A model generated the notes under the pieces. It was given only the letters and a program-made list of their open reading frames with translations. It did not search any database and was not told the DNA's origin. A stretch of 64,000 nucleotides of DNA from Candidatus Margulisiibacteriota bacterium (lineage in GTDB: Bacteria > Margulisbacteria > Marinamargulisbacteria > JBFWNS01), in the NCBI GenBank assembly GCA_050250935.1, contig JBFWNS010000001.1, positions 18,331 to 82,330 on the forward strand, read 5' to 3'. The translations under genes and the position numbers were made by a program. Below, one piece after another: positions 1 to 10,694 of the stretch (position 1 is its first letter; the number at the start of each line of letters is the position of its first letter).

Positions 1-80
1 GAGTCACAAATCGAATTCAAACACGCGTTTAAGAACCGTTCGCCATTGTAATTGACAATGACGACCGAAGTTTTAAGCAT
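1..80 (-). CDS. Glycosyltransferase family 2, N-terminal fragment (runs off window)
   Basis: ATG at 80 overlaps the upstream stop; translates MLKTSVVIVNYNGERFLNACLNSICD, the typical GT2 N-terminal motif. Not in the ORF track. Confidence 0.75.
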   Translation of the reverse strand, partial: MLKTSVVIVNYNGERFLNACLNSICD

Positions 81-591
81 AAAGGGTTGCCGGATCCACC
101 CATCGCCCTGTTTCGTAGAGGGGGTTAATCAGCAAACCTTGGGTTCTGGAAACCGTGGGTCCCACCTGGGCAAATAAAGCATCCTGGTCCACGGTACCTT
201 CGACCACCAGCTCCCAAACCAACGATTTGGAAATGTGCCGAACCACGCCCCCACACACCGCGTTCAACTGGGCCAAAACAGCTGCATCAAACGCTCCACC
301 CGAGACTTCCAGCACATGGACCGTCTCGCTTTCTTTTAAGCTCGGCTTTGGCAAATGGGCCTGAAACGGGGTTTCTTTGTTGGGATTGATTAAATAAAAC
401 GTTTCTTGGAGCAGGTGATTCAGCACGCTGGCTGCATCCGTACCCGGCGAAAATTCCAGGGTAAAATGGGTGTATCGGTGCAGACGTTTTAGGGATGTCA
501 TTCCCAGAGTATGGGTCAGCGTCTCAAACGCAGAAAGCGCGTTCAGATCGGTGTTTTGAAGGTTCGAGTACAAGGAAATGGTAGGGTTCAT
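73..591 (-). CDS. PurS-like protein (extended FGAM synthase accessory subunit)
   Basis: ATG at 591 overlaps the purQ stop (ATGA); two LINP motifs resemble the PurS LxNP motif; directly follows purQ. Confidence 0.55.
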   Translation of the reverse strand: MNPTISLYSNLQNTDLNALSAFETLTHTLGMTSLKRLHRYTHFTLEFSPGTDAASVLNHLLQETFYLINPNKETPFQAHLPKPSLKESETVHVLEVSGGAFDAAVLAQLNAVCGGVVRHISKSLVWELVVEGTVDQDALFAQVGPTVSRTQGLLINPLYETGRWVDPATLYA

Positions 592-1388
592 GAGAGTGCA
601 TCCCGAAGCGACACAAAGAGGGGTTCCCAGGGACCTTCTTGCTTGGTGTCCGACACAATACCTGCTTTTCGATCCCGCCATGGGCCAGGAATCCAACTGG
701 GAATTTGCTTTAAAAAGGCAGCCCGTTCAGGATGGGGCATCATGGCCATGACGTTACCGGCACTGTTGCAGATTCCGGCCAAGCCTTCTTGGGCGCCATT
801 GGGGGTTTCTGGAAAATCGGCAGAAATTTGCCCAGAGGACGAACAATAAAATAAAGCGGTTAATCCTGGAAGGGCTTCGCGAACAGCATCTGAAATCACA
901 AACCGCCCTTCACCATGGTTCACGGGCACCGGGAACACCGTGTCGTCTTCCATATAGCGGGTAAACACACTGTTACGGCTATTTTGAGGCCGAACTTGGA
1001 CCCAATCGCAGACAAAGCCATGGGGTTGTCCGCTTTTTTGATTGTGGGTTAAGGCCATTTCGGTGTGATGAACCCCACCCAAATTGGGTACCAAGCCCGA
1101 TTCCGCTAAAATCTGACACCCATTACAAATGCCCAAAACCGGTTTTCCAGCCTCTGCAGCTTCTTGAATGGCTGTCAAAATGGGCAACTTGGCCGCAATG
1201 GCCCCAGACCGGACCCGATCCTGATAGGAAAACCCACCCGGTAAAATATAAGCCCCAAAAGACCGAACTTTGTCCAAGGGTTCATTCCACCGAACAATGG
1301 TAGAAGCCAGCCCATAAAACTCAGCAGCCTTTTGGGTTTCATATTCACAATTGCTGCCTGGAAACTGAATAATCGCCACCGTGTTCAT
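588..1388 (-). CDS. purQ: Phosphoribosylformylglycinamidine synthase glutaminase subunit
   Basis: FPGSNCE, LPGGFSYQD, LGICNGCQIL, HGEG and MMPHPER motifs. Confidence 0.95.
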   Translation of the reverse strand: MNTVAIIQFPGSNCEYETQKAAEFYGLASTIVRWNEPLDKVRSFGAYILPGGFSYQDRVRSGAIAAKLPILTAIQEAAEAGKPVLGICNGCQILAESGLVPNLGGVHHTEMALTHNQKSGQPHGFVCDWVQVRPQNSRNSVFTRYMEDDTVFPVPVNHGEGRFVISDAVREALPGLTALFYCSSSGQISADFPETPNGAQEGLAGICNSAGNVMAMMPHPERAAFLKQIPSWIPGPWRDRKAGIVSDTKQEGPWEPLFVSLRDALS

Positions 1389-2353
1389 CGTTTTAAATCC
1401 CGTTCTGCATTAATTGCTGCAATCATCCCATCCGATACGGCGGTGGCAATTTGACGAATCTGTTTGGCGCGAATATCGCCAGCTGCATAGATGCCAGAAA
1501 TGTTGGTTCTCATGGTTTCGTCCGTCACAATATAGCCCCGTTCATCGGTTCGAATGTTCAAGTTCAAAATATCTTTGGGAGGGATGCGGCCCACATAAAT
1601 GAAGACCCCTTTTACATCCACCCAGGTATGTTGCTGCGTGGTGCTGTGGCGAATTTTAATTTTTTCGACTTTGTCCAACCCAAACACATCATCCACGACA
1701 CTGTCCCACATCAGAGAAATATTCGAAGTTCCCAAAATCCGTTCTTTAAGGGTTTTAACCGCTTTTAAGGAATCGGACCGGTGAATCAAATACAGTTTGT
1801 TCACAAACCCAGACAAATAATCAGCGGCATAACAAGCACAGGTTCCGCCCCCTATTACCGCCACATCTTTGCCTCGGTAAGACTCGACATCGCATTGGGC
1901 ATAATAGGAAACCCCGCGCCCCATAAAGGCTTTTTCGAAACCGGCATTTAATTTTTTGGGCTCTAAACCCACAGCAATAATGACGGCTTTGGCTTTGTAA
2001 ACAGAACCCAGCTCGGTACGAATGATTTTTTCAGCATCCCCAGCATGGGCAATATCTTCGACGTTTTCGCAAGAATAATAGATGGGAAAGGAAAACAACT
2101 GGTCTTCCATCTGAGCGGTTAATTTAGGGCCTAAAATCCCACCGGGAAAGCCTAAATAGTTCTCAATCCGCCACGCCGTCGATGCTTCTCCGCCCGGCAA
2201 GGCTTTTTCCAGAACCAGGGTTTTAAGGTTCGCCCGCACACAACACAACGCAGCCGACATCCCTGCTGGACCAGCCCCCACAATCACCACATCAAAGGCA
2301 TCGTGGTGGCGTGGAACCAAACGCTGCAATTGGGCTTGCGTTTGGGTAATCAT
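1385..2353 (-). CDS. Thioredoxin reductase-like FAD/NAD(P)H oxidoreductase (atypical active site)
   Basis: GAGPAG, IENYLGF, VIGGG, GIYAAGD, RQIATAVSDG motifs; the redox CxxC reads YAQC. Confidence 0.85.
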   Translation of the reverse strand: MITQTQAQLQRLVPRHHDAFDVVIVGAGPAGMSAALCCVRANLKTLVLEKALPGGEASTAWRIENYLGFPGGILGPKLTAQMEDQLFSFPIYYSCENVEDIAHAGDAEKIIRTELGSVYKAKAVIIAVGLEPKKLNAGFEKAFMGRGVSYYAQCDVESYRGKDVAVIGGGTCACYAADYLSGFVNKLYLIHRSDSLKAVKTLKERILGTSNISLMWDSVVDDVFGLDKVEKIKIRHSTTQQHTWVDVKGVFIYVGRIPPKDILNLNIRTDERGYIVTDETMRTNISGIYAAGDIRAKQIRQIATAVSDGMIAAINAERDLKR

Positions 2354-2889
2354 GGTTTGTGCTTTAAGGTCTCGGAGGACAAAATGGCTTTTGCTTGTCC
2401 CGAGGTTGTTAAGCGCTGTTTTTTCAAATCGATCAAAATCACTTTTCCTGTCAGTTGGTCTTGGTCTTTCCAGGCTTTCGGACTGCCTGTTAGCTCGATG
2501 AATTGAGACCCCACATCGTATCTGGCTTTTTGCGCTTTGCCAAGAATCCGCCCATAATTAAACGAAACATCGCCAGTGGCTTCAATTCTGTCCTCTTTGC
2601 CATAGGCCGTCACTTGTTTGCAAGTCATGCGCATATTGCCCTTGGTCACTTGAATGCCATCAAACAACTGAATAATTTGCTTGGTTTTGTCGTAGCGGGC
2701 GTAACGGCCCGTCATGCGGACATCGTTTTGGGTGACCACAACATTACCCGTGGCCAAAACCGTGTTGGTTTCGCCATCCAACTCAAACTGACTGGCATCA
2801 ATACTGATGTTTCCAGTCTGAGCAAAAAGCGGCGAGGCCATCACCAGCACCACAAGCAAGGAAAAAAGTTTTAAGGGGAAACCGTTCAT
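2350..2889 (-). CDS. lptA: LptA/OstA-like periplasmic LPS transport protein
   Basis: Signal peptide followed by repeated ATGNVVVTQ/ATGDV beta-jellyroll motifs; start uncertain (2889 or 2919). Confidence 0.7.
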   Translation of the reverse strand: MNGFPLKLFSLLVVLVMASPLFAQTGNISIDASQFELDGETNTVLATGNVVVTQNDVRMTGRYARYDKTKQIIQLFDGIQVTKGNMRMTCKQVTAYGKEDRIEATGDVSFNYGRILGKAQKARYDVGSQFIELTGSPKAWKDQDQLTGKVILIDLKKQRLTTSGQAKAILSSETLKHKP

Positions 2890-3007
2890 GAGTTCTAATC
2901 TGAGTTTACACGTGTCCAATTGGCTTTGGCAATCGTCCTTGCGTTTTTTTTGAAACTGCTATAGAGTGTGTGCTCGTGTTTTTGAGGCCCAGTTTGGCCC
3001 AATCTGT

Positions 3008-3083
3008 GATCCGGTAGCTCAGTTGGTAGAGCACTTGACTTTTAATCAAGTGGCCCTGGGTTCAAGTCCCAGCCGGATCACCA
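3008..3083 (+). tRNA. tRNA-Lys(TTT)
   Basis: Acceptor GATCCGG/CCGGATC, anticodon arm CTTGA-CTTTTAA-TCAAG, GTTCAAG T-loop, encoded CCA. Confidence 0.97.
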
Positions 3084-3372
3084 TTTTCGCCTTGCGAAAA
3101 TGGTGATAAGCCTATCGTATACACAAACGCACAGCGTTTGTGGGTCGCCATTTTGAAGTAAATTCAAAATGGCTCCCGCTGCGCGGTGGGGGTTCGGGTA
3201 GGGATTGTAAACAAAAATGCTCAGCATTTTTGTATCGGCTCAGCCAAAGCAAGTTTGTCTGGCCTCCCCGCGGGGGCTGGTTCAAGCATTTTCGTCGTTT
3301 GGTGACGGGTGTAGAAGCTTTGGTTTTGGCTTTATTTTGCAATTTTTTGGGTCAAAGCTGCGATAATTGAGC

Positions 3373-4389
3373 ATGATTCGGTATAAACAGGTGTCTTTTG
3401 ATTATGCAGAGCCCTTGGTGGTTTTTCCGTCTACACCTGTGGCAGGGGAAAGAACCAATCGAAAAATTGCAAAGTCCCCCCAGCAAACCCACGCTATCCT
3501 GATTGGAGAGCGTGGCCAGTATCAAATTTTAACCACAGTCTCGTCTGAGAAAATTCGACAACTCAACCTTCCGCTACATCAATCTCCCCAACCGCAACGC
3601 GCGCTTTTGGGAAGTGGGGATTTTGGCAAGGTCAAATATGGGGTCAATGACGACAATAAGACTGTTGCTATCAAATGCATTAAAGGCGATGCGGCCCTTG
3701 AAGCATCCCGCCACGAGGCAGATATTTTAAGACAAATCCGTGGGATTCCCGGCGTTTGTGAACTATTGGATGTCATTACCGCCGAAACCCATACGCACGG
3801 CACCAGTCCCGCTCCAACAACAGAGCTTTGCACCTATCTTGTACAGCCCGTTTATCCGATTTCGTCTGATGATTTTAAAGCATATTGTTTACCTGAAGCA
3901 GAAGAACCCCGTATTCAGCTTATGGCCAACACTGCCATTCACCTGATCACTGCTGTGGAAATGCTTCATGCACGATCGGTGTATCACCAAGACATCAAAC
4001 CCGATAATATTCGGTTTATGAAACACGAGCATCCGCAATTGGCTTACTTACCCGTCCTCATCGACTTTGGATTGGCCACCAACCACAATGGCTTGGTTAC
4101 AAGCCTGGAAGCCCAAAAGGGCACCCCAGAATTTCGACCACCCGAAAGCACCGACACTACAGGATATACCCCAGCCCAACACGATGCTTGGGCACTTACC
4201 GCAACCCTATACACCTTGTTCGGTGGCCCAAACGCTATTGATTATTTTGCGTATTGGACAGAACATCCTGACTTTTGGGACCTTCCAGTCTCAATCACTC
4301 ATATTTTAGCGCAAATGTGCAGCAAAAACCCTGATCATCGCCTTCCCTTAGCCGATGCAAAAGCACAATTTCAGAGTCTCTTAGCGTAA
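3373..4389 (+). CDS. Hanks-type (eukaryote-like) Ser/Thr protein kinase, soluble, non-RD
   Basis: GSGDFGKV, VAIK, HQDIKPDN, DFG, GTPEFRPPE, DAWAL subdomains; no transmembrane or PASTA region. Confidence 0.9.
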   Translation: MIRYKQVSFDYAEPLVVFPSTPVAGERTNRKIAKSPQQTHAILIGERGQYQILTTVSSEKIRQLNLPLHQSPQPQRALLGSGDFGKVKYGVNDDNKTVAIKCIKGDAALEASRHEADILRQIRGIPGVCELLDVITAETHTHGTSPAPTTELCTYLVQPVYPISSDDFKAYCLPEAEEPRIQLMANTAIHLITAVEMLHARSVYHQDIKPDNIRFMKHEHPQLAYLPVLIDFGLATNHNGLVTSLEAQKGTPEFRPPESTDTTGYTPAQHDAWALTATLYTLFGGPNAIDYFAYWTEHPDFWDLPVSITHILAQMCSKNPDHRLPLADAKAQFQSLLA

Positions 4390-4470
4390 AACGTTTACAC
4401 CAATGCTGACTTAGATAAACACAACAACTTGTATCCGGTCTGGCGTACCAGCCGTAGCCTTGGTGAAGGC

Positions 4471-4547
<77 letters not shown>

Positions 4548-4641
4548 CTATAAAAGGGAAAATCTATTTGAAGAACAAATAACAAACCTAGCATGCGAGA
4601 ACGACCTTGTTTAAGTCTAAGCTTAAACCTTGTCTCCTTAG

Positions 4642-6166
<1,525 letters not shown>

Positions 6167-6287
6167 TTATGCTCTTTTATTAAAAAGAAAAATACTATTT
6201 CAAATTACAAACATCGCTGTTTGCAATTATTTTTGGCTCGCATGTTTTATCAAGATAAACTTGATAAAGTCTAGGTTTGTTATTTGG

Positions 6288-6350
6288 TTTTCAAAGAACG
6301 TCCTGAAAAATCAGGCCTCTAAATTTATCAGTGTGTTTTGGGCTTGTCAA
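6288..6350 (-). promoter_or_regulatory. rRNA promoter and boxA-like antitermination site
   Basis: TTGACA(6350-6345)-17 nt-TAAATT, then GTTCTTTGAAAA (6299-6288); leader 6271-6286 is the exact complement of trailer 4576-4591 (16-bp processing stem). Confidence 0.75.
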
Positions 6351-6792
6351 CATCTTTTTTTGGGGGCTTTATCGAGAATCCGCATCCCGGCAAAAAGACA
6401 GGCTTTTCAAAGAACCCAAAGTTCGGGTAATTTCGGCAAATATACGGTCGTCTCCAATAGATTCCACAGCGGTTTTCGGGGGTTAAATAGCGGCATTTAA
6501 AAATCAAAACCCGGCTGTCTTCTTCAATAAATCGCAATTCGAAGTTGTATACAAATTCGTACCACCACTGGGCCAAGCGCATTAGTTTTTCGTTTTCCCA
6601 ATAGGACTTGGACAAATAAACGGCAATGTTTTTGCAACAAACCCCGCGTTGCAGGCATCCCCCATCCAGGGCATATTTTTTGGGCAAAAACCGATAGGCT
6701 ATATAGGTGAAGAACCCATCTATGTCTCGAATGAGCCTTAACAAAGACCGAAGTAACAGCCAAAAGAGTCGCTTGAAGCTATTGGTAGGCAT
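6328..6792 (-). CDS. YkgJ-family cysteine-cluster protein
   Basis: CLQRGVCC and CRYL...RCGIYWRRPYICRNYP motifs. Confidence 0.75.
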   Translation of the reverse strand: MPTNSFKRLFWLLLRSLLRLIRDIDGFFTYIAYRFLPKKYALDGGCLQRGVCCKNIAVYLSKSYWENEKLMRLAQWWYEFVYNFELRFIEEDSRVLIFKCRYLTPENRCGIYWRRPYICRNYPNFGFFEKPVFLPGCGFSIKPPKKDVDKPKTH

Positions 6793-7501
6793 ACAACAGT
6801 TGGCCAAGGGCTACCACCCCAGCATGTTCAACCCGCAAAATCGATTGCCCCAAACTGGCCACCTTAAACCCTTGGGACTGCAACGCTTCGATATCCGTCA
6901 CACTTAAACCGCCTTCGGGGCCAATAACGGCCAAGATGCGATCGGTGGTCTTCAAGGCAGTATTCGATAGCACCTGCTTAAGGGGATCCGTGGCTTCTTC
7001 CCAAAACACGATTTTAAGCTCGGCCTCGACGGCTTTTAGCGCCTCTATGGTTTTGAGCGGCTGTAATTCGGGCTGAACCAAGCGCTTGGATTGCTCGGCT
7101 GCGCTTTGCAACACGGCTTCCCATCTGGGCTTTTTTTTGTCGACGGCGGCCACATCTGGACCTTGGGTTCTGTCGGTTTGAAGGGGGATAAAGGTCGATA
7201 CCCCCAGCTCGGTGCAACTGCGCAAAATCTCTGAAAATTTGTCTTGTTTGGGCAATGCCTGGGCCAACATAAGGGTTGGACTTGTGGATTTGAGGATTGG
7301 CTGCCGATTGAGAAGCTCAAAAACCAGGCCCTTCTTATGGAGCACCGATACCTGAATCTCCCACAACTCGGCTTGGTCCACCACCATGCCCACGCGATCG
7401 TGGGGCTTAACCCGAACCACGTTAGACAGATAGTGGGCTTCGTCTTTGGAAAGGGCCAGGGTATCGCCTTGAATGTCCCGGCTATTGGCAAACCAGCGCA
7501 T
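6779..7501 (-). CDS. rsmE: 16S rRNA m3U1498 methyltransferase
   Basis: HYLSNVVR, TELGV, AAEQS, IGPEGG and SLGQSILRVEHA SPOUT motifs. Confidence 0.93.
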   Translation of the reverse strand: MRWFANSRDIQGDTLALSKDEAHYLSNVVRVKPHDRVGMVVDQAELWEIQVSVLHKKGLVFELLNRQPILKSTSPTLMLAQALPKQDKFSEILRSCTELGVSTFIPLQTDRTQGPDVAAVDKKKPRWEAVLQSAAEQSKRLVQPELQPLKTIEALKAVEAELKIVFWEEATDPLKQVLSNTALKTTDRILAVIGPEGGLSVTDIEALQSQGFKVASLGQSILRVEHAGVVALGQLLYAYQ

Positions 7502-7508
7502 CACAGCC

Positions 7509-7682
7509 CTACTCTCCCCAAAAATAGGACAGGACCAATCGAATCCCATAATAGATCAGAATGGCCGGCCATAGGGCCAAAATATGGAAGGGGAAGGCAA
7601 ACAAGCCCAAATTCCACATCAATAACACCACGCCCAAGGCAATCCAAAGCAGTGCTGGCCAGCATTTAAGGCAGTTTTGCAT
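7509..7682 (-). CDS. Small membrane protein (LiaF/DUF5668-like TM hairpin)
   Basis: LWIALGVVLLMWNLG...LWPAILIYYG hydrophobic pattern. Confidence 0.55.
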   Translation of the reverse strand: MQNCLKCWPALLWIALGVVLLMWNLGLFAFPFHILALWPAILIYYGIRLVLSYFWGE

Positions 7683-7744
7683 GGGGTTTAGTGTAATACA
7701 CAACACAATTTCGTTGCAATTGATCGGCTAGACCCCGTTGCTTA

Positions 7745-8107
7745 CCGAGACAGGCGATAAGCCGGGTTCTGTTAAAAGCAGTCATCTCTCTGGGTTTGGC
7801 TTCGCAACCAAACTCTAGCAACCAACCCGGAAATCCAAACGAGACGGGCCGTCTCTCTTCCCCTATTTGGTCTTGCTCCGGATGGGGTTTACCCGCTGAT
7901 CTGTTGCCAGTGCAGCCGTGAGCTCTTACCTCACGTTTTCACCCTTGCCCACCCAGGCCGAAACCCGGGCAGGCGGTTTTGTTTCTGTGGCACTTTCCAT
8001 CACGCTGTCGCTTTCGCTTGGCGCGTCCTCTCGTTAAGAGGCATCTTACCCTGTGGAGCCCGGACTTTCCTCGATGCTTGCGCACCGCGACTGCTTGCCT
8101 GTCTCGG
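7745..8107 (-). ncRNA. rnpB: RNase P RNA
   Basis: Minus strand has GAGGAAAGTCCGGGCTCC and CAGAACCCGGCTTA; the ends CCGAGACAGGC/GCCTGTCTCGG form helix P1. Confidence 0.96.
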
Positions 8108-8121
8108 GCGTTATCCTAGCC

Positions 8122-8646
8122 TTAAAAGGTTTTGGTGTACAGATCTAGACCGGCTTTGACCGCTTCGATGGCCTTGGCTCTGCCAAAAACCCCTTTGATT
8201 TCCACAGCTTTTTTCTCTAGACGTTTATAGGTGACAAAAAAGTCGTGGATTTCGGTGATCAAATGGGGCGGCAATTGCTCTAGATCGGTGATGTGTTTTA
8301 GGGTGACGTCGTCGTTGGCCACGGCCAAGATTTTGGTGTCTTCTTCGCCGCCGTCGATCATGTCCAAACCGCCGATCACCCGGGCATCGGCCATGGATCC
8401 TGATGGTAAATCCACTGAACAAATTACCAAAATATCCAAGGGATCTTTGTCTTCACAATAAGATTTGGGGATAAAGCCATAGTTGGCTGGGTAGTAGGAG
8501 GTTGAAAAGAGTACCCTATCGAGTTTGATGAGGCCGGAGTCTTTGTCGAGTTCGAATTTGCCGCGGCTTCCACGGGGAATTTCGATGACAGCTGTGACGA
8601 TTTCGGGGGATTTTTTACCGGGGTTTAAATCATGCCAGGGATTCAT
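8122..8646 (-). CDS. ppa: Inorganic pyrophosphatase, family I
   Basis: IEIPRGS, LDRVL, YPANYGFIP, DKDPLD motifs. Confidence 0.95.
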   Translation of the reverse strand: MNPWHDLNPGKKSPEIVTAVIEIPRGSRGKFELDKDSGLIKLDRVLFSTSYYPANYGFIPKSYCEDKDPLDILVICSVDLPSGSMADARVIGGLDMIDGGEEDTKILAVANDDVTLKHITDLEQLPPHLITEIHDFFVTYKRLEKKAVEIKGVFGRAKAIEAVKAGLDLYTKTF

Positions 8647-9176
8647 TATAGAGGGCTCCTTATAAAAATGGTTTTTTTAAGTTCTACTTTATTTTTTTGG
8701 GGAAATCAATTTTTTGTGGAAGAGTAAGGGGGAACCACGCTGGCAAGACTAGGGGGGAACCACGCTGGCGCGAGGTGCCCCCCTAGGACCCCCCACCTAT
8801 GCTTTGGACGCCCGCTAACTCGCGCGGGATGGCTTCGCCCACACCGCGCTCAGACACAGCGGCTCAACGGTGCCGCCCTTTGGGCGGGATTCAGACCAAC
8901 GCGAACACGAACGCGAACGCAACGCAACACTAACGCGGTTTAGGATTGCTTCGTTTCACTTGCAATCGAGATTTATTTATTTTTTAGCCCACTTATTTTA
9001 GGAACAGGGTATCGGTTTTGCTGGAAAAAGCTGGAGCAAAAGCCGCTCAGCGGGAGGAGTGTTGAATTTACTTCAACGGTCCGACCCACAAACGCTTGTC
9101 GTTTGTGTATACAATCCAACACAAATGCTTCTCATTTGTGTTTACTATCGCCTTTGGGTACTATTAATGGACTTTG

Positions 9177-9253
9177 GGGCCCATAGCTCAGTTGGTTAGA
9201 GCACTCGGCTCATAACCGATTGGTCCTAGGTTCAAGTCCTAGTGGGCCCACCA
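9177..9253 (+). tRNA. tRNA-Ile2(CAT, lysidine-type); prophage integration target
   Basis: GGGCCCATAGCTCAGTTGGTTAGAGCACTCGGCTCATAACCGA...TGGGCCCACCA; CAT anticodon, no fMet features, resembles ileX-type tRNAs. Confidence 0.88.
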
Positions 9254-10694
9254 CATCTTGATTTACGAACTCGAAGAGCATTTTCCCTAGCAAATTGAGC
9301 TCAAATTCCAGTTTTCCTTCGTTATGAACCAGGTTCGTAAAAATCAATCCGATCACCTTTTGAAAATCCCCTGCATCATCGATTAAAGGTAGGTATTTAC
9401 GCACGAAAACGAAGGTATTTACGAGGTCCATAAACGAGGTTCGAGTCCTAATGGGGTTTTGGGCCAATACCTCGTACTTTGCTTGCAGTTTAACAAGGGT
9501 TTGGTTGAGCTGATCTTTGCGATCAAGATACTCGTCTTTGGTGAGTAGCCCGTCTTCGTAATGGTCCAGCAATTTCATGATTTTGGTCTTGGTAAGCTTG
9601 ATATCTCGGTTAATGGTGTCGCTTTGTTTGTCGGTATCATCATCCATCTGTTGAAACACTGTGCGGGCGATATCCTTAATCATATCGAATTGGGTATCCG
9701 TGATACTCACCTTCGACAATATAGTGTCCAGTTGCTCCATAATGGCTCTCTCAGAGAAGTATCTTGTTTGAGCCGGGCAGGTCCGTCCTTTATGTTTCGC
9801 ACCACATCCGTAAGTGACGTACTTTTCTTTCTTCAGCTCACCATACATTGGTGACCCACAGGAGCACTTTAAAAGGCTGGAAAATCGGAACTCACGGACT
9901 TTTCCATCCTTGGAGCGATGTCTACCCTTTAAACCTTCTTGGACAGCGTAAAAAAGCTCTGGCTCAATGAACGTTTCATAATTCCCGCTAAATAGCCCGA
10001 GCTTGGAGTTTATCTCTCCAATGTAGAAGACATTTTTAAGATGGTAGCTTACTTTTGAGGGATAGTATTTTGTACCTAAGGTCTTGTTCAGGTAATCAGT
10101 AATAGTGTGAACGGAGTCGCCAGCTTTGGCCATTTCGAAGGCTGTCTTAATAACAGGTGCTGATTGTGGATCCGGTTCGATGGTGGCGCGTCCGTTGATA
10201 CGGACATTGCGGTATCCTGGCGGTGCGAGATGACACCAGCCTCCGGCCATGAGTTTTTGCGTCATCCCTTTTTTGACTTCTTCAGAAAGGTTATTGACAT
10301 AGTTTCGGGCTAATACGACTTGGATATCCAGCTGGAATTTGTCTTGGGATTTGGAATTCTTATTGAGGATTAATGAGTTCTTGATAAGGTGAACATCCAC
10401 ATCGTGTTCTTCAACCAGGTCATACACGGCAATAAGGTCGTGGAAGTTGCGGGTCATCCGATCCACTTTTTCAAACAAAATGGCTTTGACCTTGTGCTTC
10501 TTTACATACCGAATCATTTCGTCAAACATCTTCCGGCCCTGCCCCTTGGCCGAGTAGGATTCATCGTATTGTTTGACTACCTCAAAGCTTTTTTGGTCAG
10601 CGTAATCCTTAAAGAGGCTATTTTGAGCCGAGATCGAGTAGCCGGAGTCCCGCTGTTCAGTGGATGAAACACGGGCATAGGAGACGGCTTTCAT
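9210..10694 (-). CDS. Large serine recombinase (integrase)
   Basis: YARVSS catalytic motif, DRMTR, PPGY recombinase domain, CSCG...C zinc ribbon, coiled coil; last 44 nt overlap the tRNA antisense. Confidence 0.95.
   Translation of the reverse strand: MKAVSYARVSSTEQRDSGYSISAQNSLFKDYADQKSFEVVKQYDESYSAKGQGRKMFDEMIRYVKKHKVKAILFEKVDRMTRNFHDLIAVYDLVEEHDVDVHLIKNSLILNKNSKSQDKFQLDIQVVLARNYVNNLSEEVKKGMTQKLMAGGWCHLAPPGYRNVRINGRATIEPDPQSAPVIKTAFEMAKAGDSVHTITDYLNKTLGTKYYPSKVSYHLKNVFYIGEINSKLGLFSGNYETFIEPELFYAVQEGLKGRHRSKDGKVREFRFSSLLKCSCGSPMYGELKKEKYVTYGCGAKHKGRTCPAQTRYFSERAIMEQLDTILSKVSITDTQFDMIKDIARTVFQQMDDDTDKQSDTINRDIKLTKTKIMKLLDHYEDGLLTKDEYLDRKDQLNQTLVKLQAKYEVLAQNPIRTRTSFMDLVNTFVFVRKYLPLIDDAGDFQKVIGLIFTNLVHNEGKLEFELNLLGKMLFEFVNQDVVGPLGLEPRTNRL
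9238..9253 (+). repeat. attL core (tRNA 3' end)
   Basis: CCTAGTGGGCCCACCA, identical to 45591-45606. Confidence 0.92.

Noticed and set aside
592-696. Upstream extensions of track ORFs (also 7549, 11711, 22520, 31961, 62105)
   Set aside because: They overlap neighbouring genes; internal coupled or RBS-supported starts fit better.
9177-9253. tRNA-Met assignment
   Set aside because: No initiator features and the sequence resembles Ile2; elongator Met is not strictly excluded.
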